From contig OZ210884.1 of the NCBI GenBank assembly GCA_964658305.1, forward strand, positions 6,572,001 through 6,636,000: DNA of 64,000 nt. The letters run 5' to 3'. The DNA comes from Leptogorgia sarmentosa. Lineage: Eukaryota. The notes beneath the pieces are model-generated. The model had not been told where the DNA came from, did no database searches, and saw only the letters and a list, made by a program, of their open reading frames with translations. Below are positions 62,423 through 64,000 of this stretch, piece by piece. A program made the translations under genes and the position numbers. Numbering within the stretch: position 1 is the stretch's first letter; every line of letters begins with the position of its first letter.

Positions 62423-62470
62423 AGCGCCAAACGAATTCAAAATTTGAAATTTGAATTTGAAATTTCGAAT
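62423..62470 (-). promoter_or_regulatory. TOP2 upstream promoter: E2F site (TTTGGCGC) with clustered CHR-like TTTGAA motifs
   Basis: GCGCCAAACGAATTCAAAATTTGAAATTTGAATTTGAAA lies about 100 bp upstream of the ATG at 62325. Confidence 0.5.
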
Positions 62471-62535
62471 TCATATTCATTATTTCAAAACGAATCGGCA
62501 CCAGACTCTTCCTCAGCACGGTCAAGCATGAACTA

Positions 62536-62604
62536 CAACCTCGTACCCAGGGCTTATTGGCTTCTCGGTCTTTCTCGGTCCTCAAGACCCTGGGAACGAG
62601 GTTG
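62536..62604. repeat. Short palindromic element CAACCTCGTACCCAGGG-variable core-CCCTGGGAACGAGGTTG
   Basis: It has 17-bp inverted arms. Other copies lie at about 12060, 25155, 31905, 45193 and 60659. Confidence 0.8.
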
Positions 62605-63053
62605 AGAGAATACTAGCACAGAGTATCATATGAGTAACTACTCTGTGATACTAGTTCCGGGTGCGCTTCAGTTTTAGAGTTCAAGTTCGACACTTTTTTC
62701 GTGTTGGCGATTTAAAAATTAGCTCTGGGTGCGCTTCAGTTTATTCAGAGTTCAAGTTCGACACTTTTTTTTTCGCGTTGAGGATTTCAAGTTAAAACTT
62801 TTTTTCCTCAGTATTTTTCCGACTTCTATGGTCAGGGTTAGGATTTTAGGTTTTGGGTTGGGATAATGGAAAATCTATTTAACAATTATTTACCGATTAT
62901 GTCGAGGTGATACCGATAATCACCGAGAGATAGGTAAATAATTGTTTTAGTATAATTTCAGTAGTAAAATAAGTTAAATTTGCGTAAATTAAGTTAAATA
63001 TTGTGCCATGCATTTCCATCATGGATATATAGTTTACTTCCTTTGTAAATACG

Positions 63054-63355
63054 CAGGGGCGTAGCCAAGGGGGGGCAAGGGGGGGCGGTCGCCCCCCCAA
63101 TAGGCTGAAAGACTGCGCAGTAAAAAGATGAAATCCGGGTAGAAATTAGGGGGGGGCGATGACTACCCATGTGACTACCAATCTCAATCCAAACATTTTC
63201 ACAAATCTCACCCCAGAAACACGCTAAATCGCCATTGAGGGACTCCAGATTTCAAAATTTTCCCGGGGGAGAATCCCCCCGGACCCCCCTACATGGCATC
63301 GCGCCTTCCGCGTTTGCTTCGCCCCCCCAAAAATGAAGGTCTGCCTACGCCACTG
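63054..63355. mobile_element. hAT-type MITE with 8-bp TSD TAAATACG
   Basis: TAAATACG|CAGGGGCGTAG ... CTACGCCACTG|TAAATACG. Confidence 0.92.
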
Positions 63356-63461
63356 TAAATACGCGATGTCTAAAATAATCGTAAATTCATTAAAACAACA
63401 AGCCTTAGATCGTCGCATTTTCTCAAAACCCTGTAAAGCTGGCTTCTTACTGAACCACTAT

Positions 63462-63726
63462 AGGGCCATTTATACGAGGAAGAATAAGCCGCGGCTTAAA
63501 TAGGCCGCGGCTAAAATAAGTCGCGAACGTTCGTATAAACGCACAATTTCTTCGCGACTAAAATAAGCCGCGGCTAATTTTAGCCCAGGGTTCCTGCCTC
63601 GTCTTAAATTAGCCGCGGCTTATTTTAGTCGCGAAGAAATTGTGCGCTTAAACGGTTACGTTCGCGACTTATTTTAGCCGCGGCCTATTTAAGCCGCGGC
63701 TTATTCTTCCTCGTATAAATGGCCCT
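63462..63726. mobile_element. Near-perfect foldback PIF/Harbinger-like MITE, 3-bp TSD TAT
   Basis: TAT|AGGGCCATTTATACGAGGAAGAATAAGCCGCGGC ... GCCGCGGCTTATTCTTCCTCGTATAAATGGCCCT|TAT, with arms of about 120 bp and internal AGCCGCGGCT repeats. Confidence 0.9.
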
Positions 63727-64000
63727 TATGTGATTTTTGCTCTGCAAACAGCAATTTTGTTGCGACATAGGTCACATGCGAATTCGCAAGGTGCTCCTGT
63801 CTTCAAGCAGGAGTGTGTTGTAACACGATTCAGTAGGGATTTTTGTACATGATTCAATATTTTTTCCACCAGTTTTAATAATCATTTATGCAATCAGTTT
63901 GTTGACAAACTTCATTAGATTATTCATTTCCCTATATAACCTCCATAGTTTCATTTCATATGTATATACTGCGGAACATCAAAGAACACCGACTCATATT

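Overview
This is AT-rich eukaryotic (animal) genomic DNA with spliceosomal GT-AG introns. It looks anthozoan/cnidarian-like from its gene content and repeat styles, but that taxonomy is an inference. Eight intact protein-coding genes could be built by hand: a secreted PAN+PA14 protein (6 exons, +), a multi-C2H2 zinc-finger protein (+), an MFSD6-like MFS transporter (3 exons, -), two divergently oriented intronless PTB-domain proteins carrying the ARH/beta-arrestin-type AP-2 beta2-appendage motif, a class A peptide-type GPCR (-), a secreted four-domain thyroglobulin type-1 (equistatin-like) protein (5 exons, +) and DNA topoisomerase II (23 exons, about 1443 aa, -). There is also a frameshifted zinc-finger pseudogene and a possible decayed cysteine-peptidase-like ORF. 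Non-autonomous DNA transposons are dense: hAT with 8-bp TSDs, PIF/Harbinger with 3-bp TSDs, Tc1/mariner/pogo at TA sites, and a 2.8-kb EnSpm/CMC-like element with CpG-rich subterminal arrays. Four observations stand out. (i) A pair of ARH-like endocytic adaptors sits next to the GPCR. (ii) A minisatellite insertion in TOP2 is flanked by a 95-bp duplication that creates a decoy splice acceptor leading to a stop codon. (iii) TOP2 has two candidate first exons, each with an E2F/CHR-type promoter. (iv) A family of tiny fixed-arm, variable-core palindromic elements is dispersed through the window. No CRISPR array, rRNA or intact tRNA was seen.
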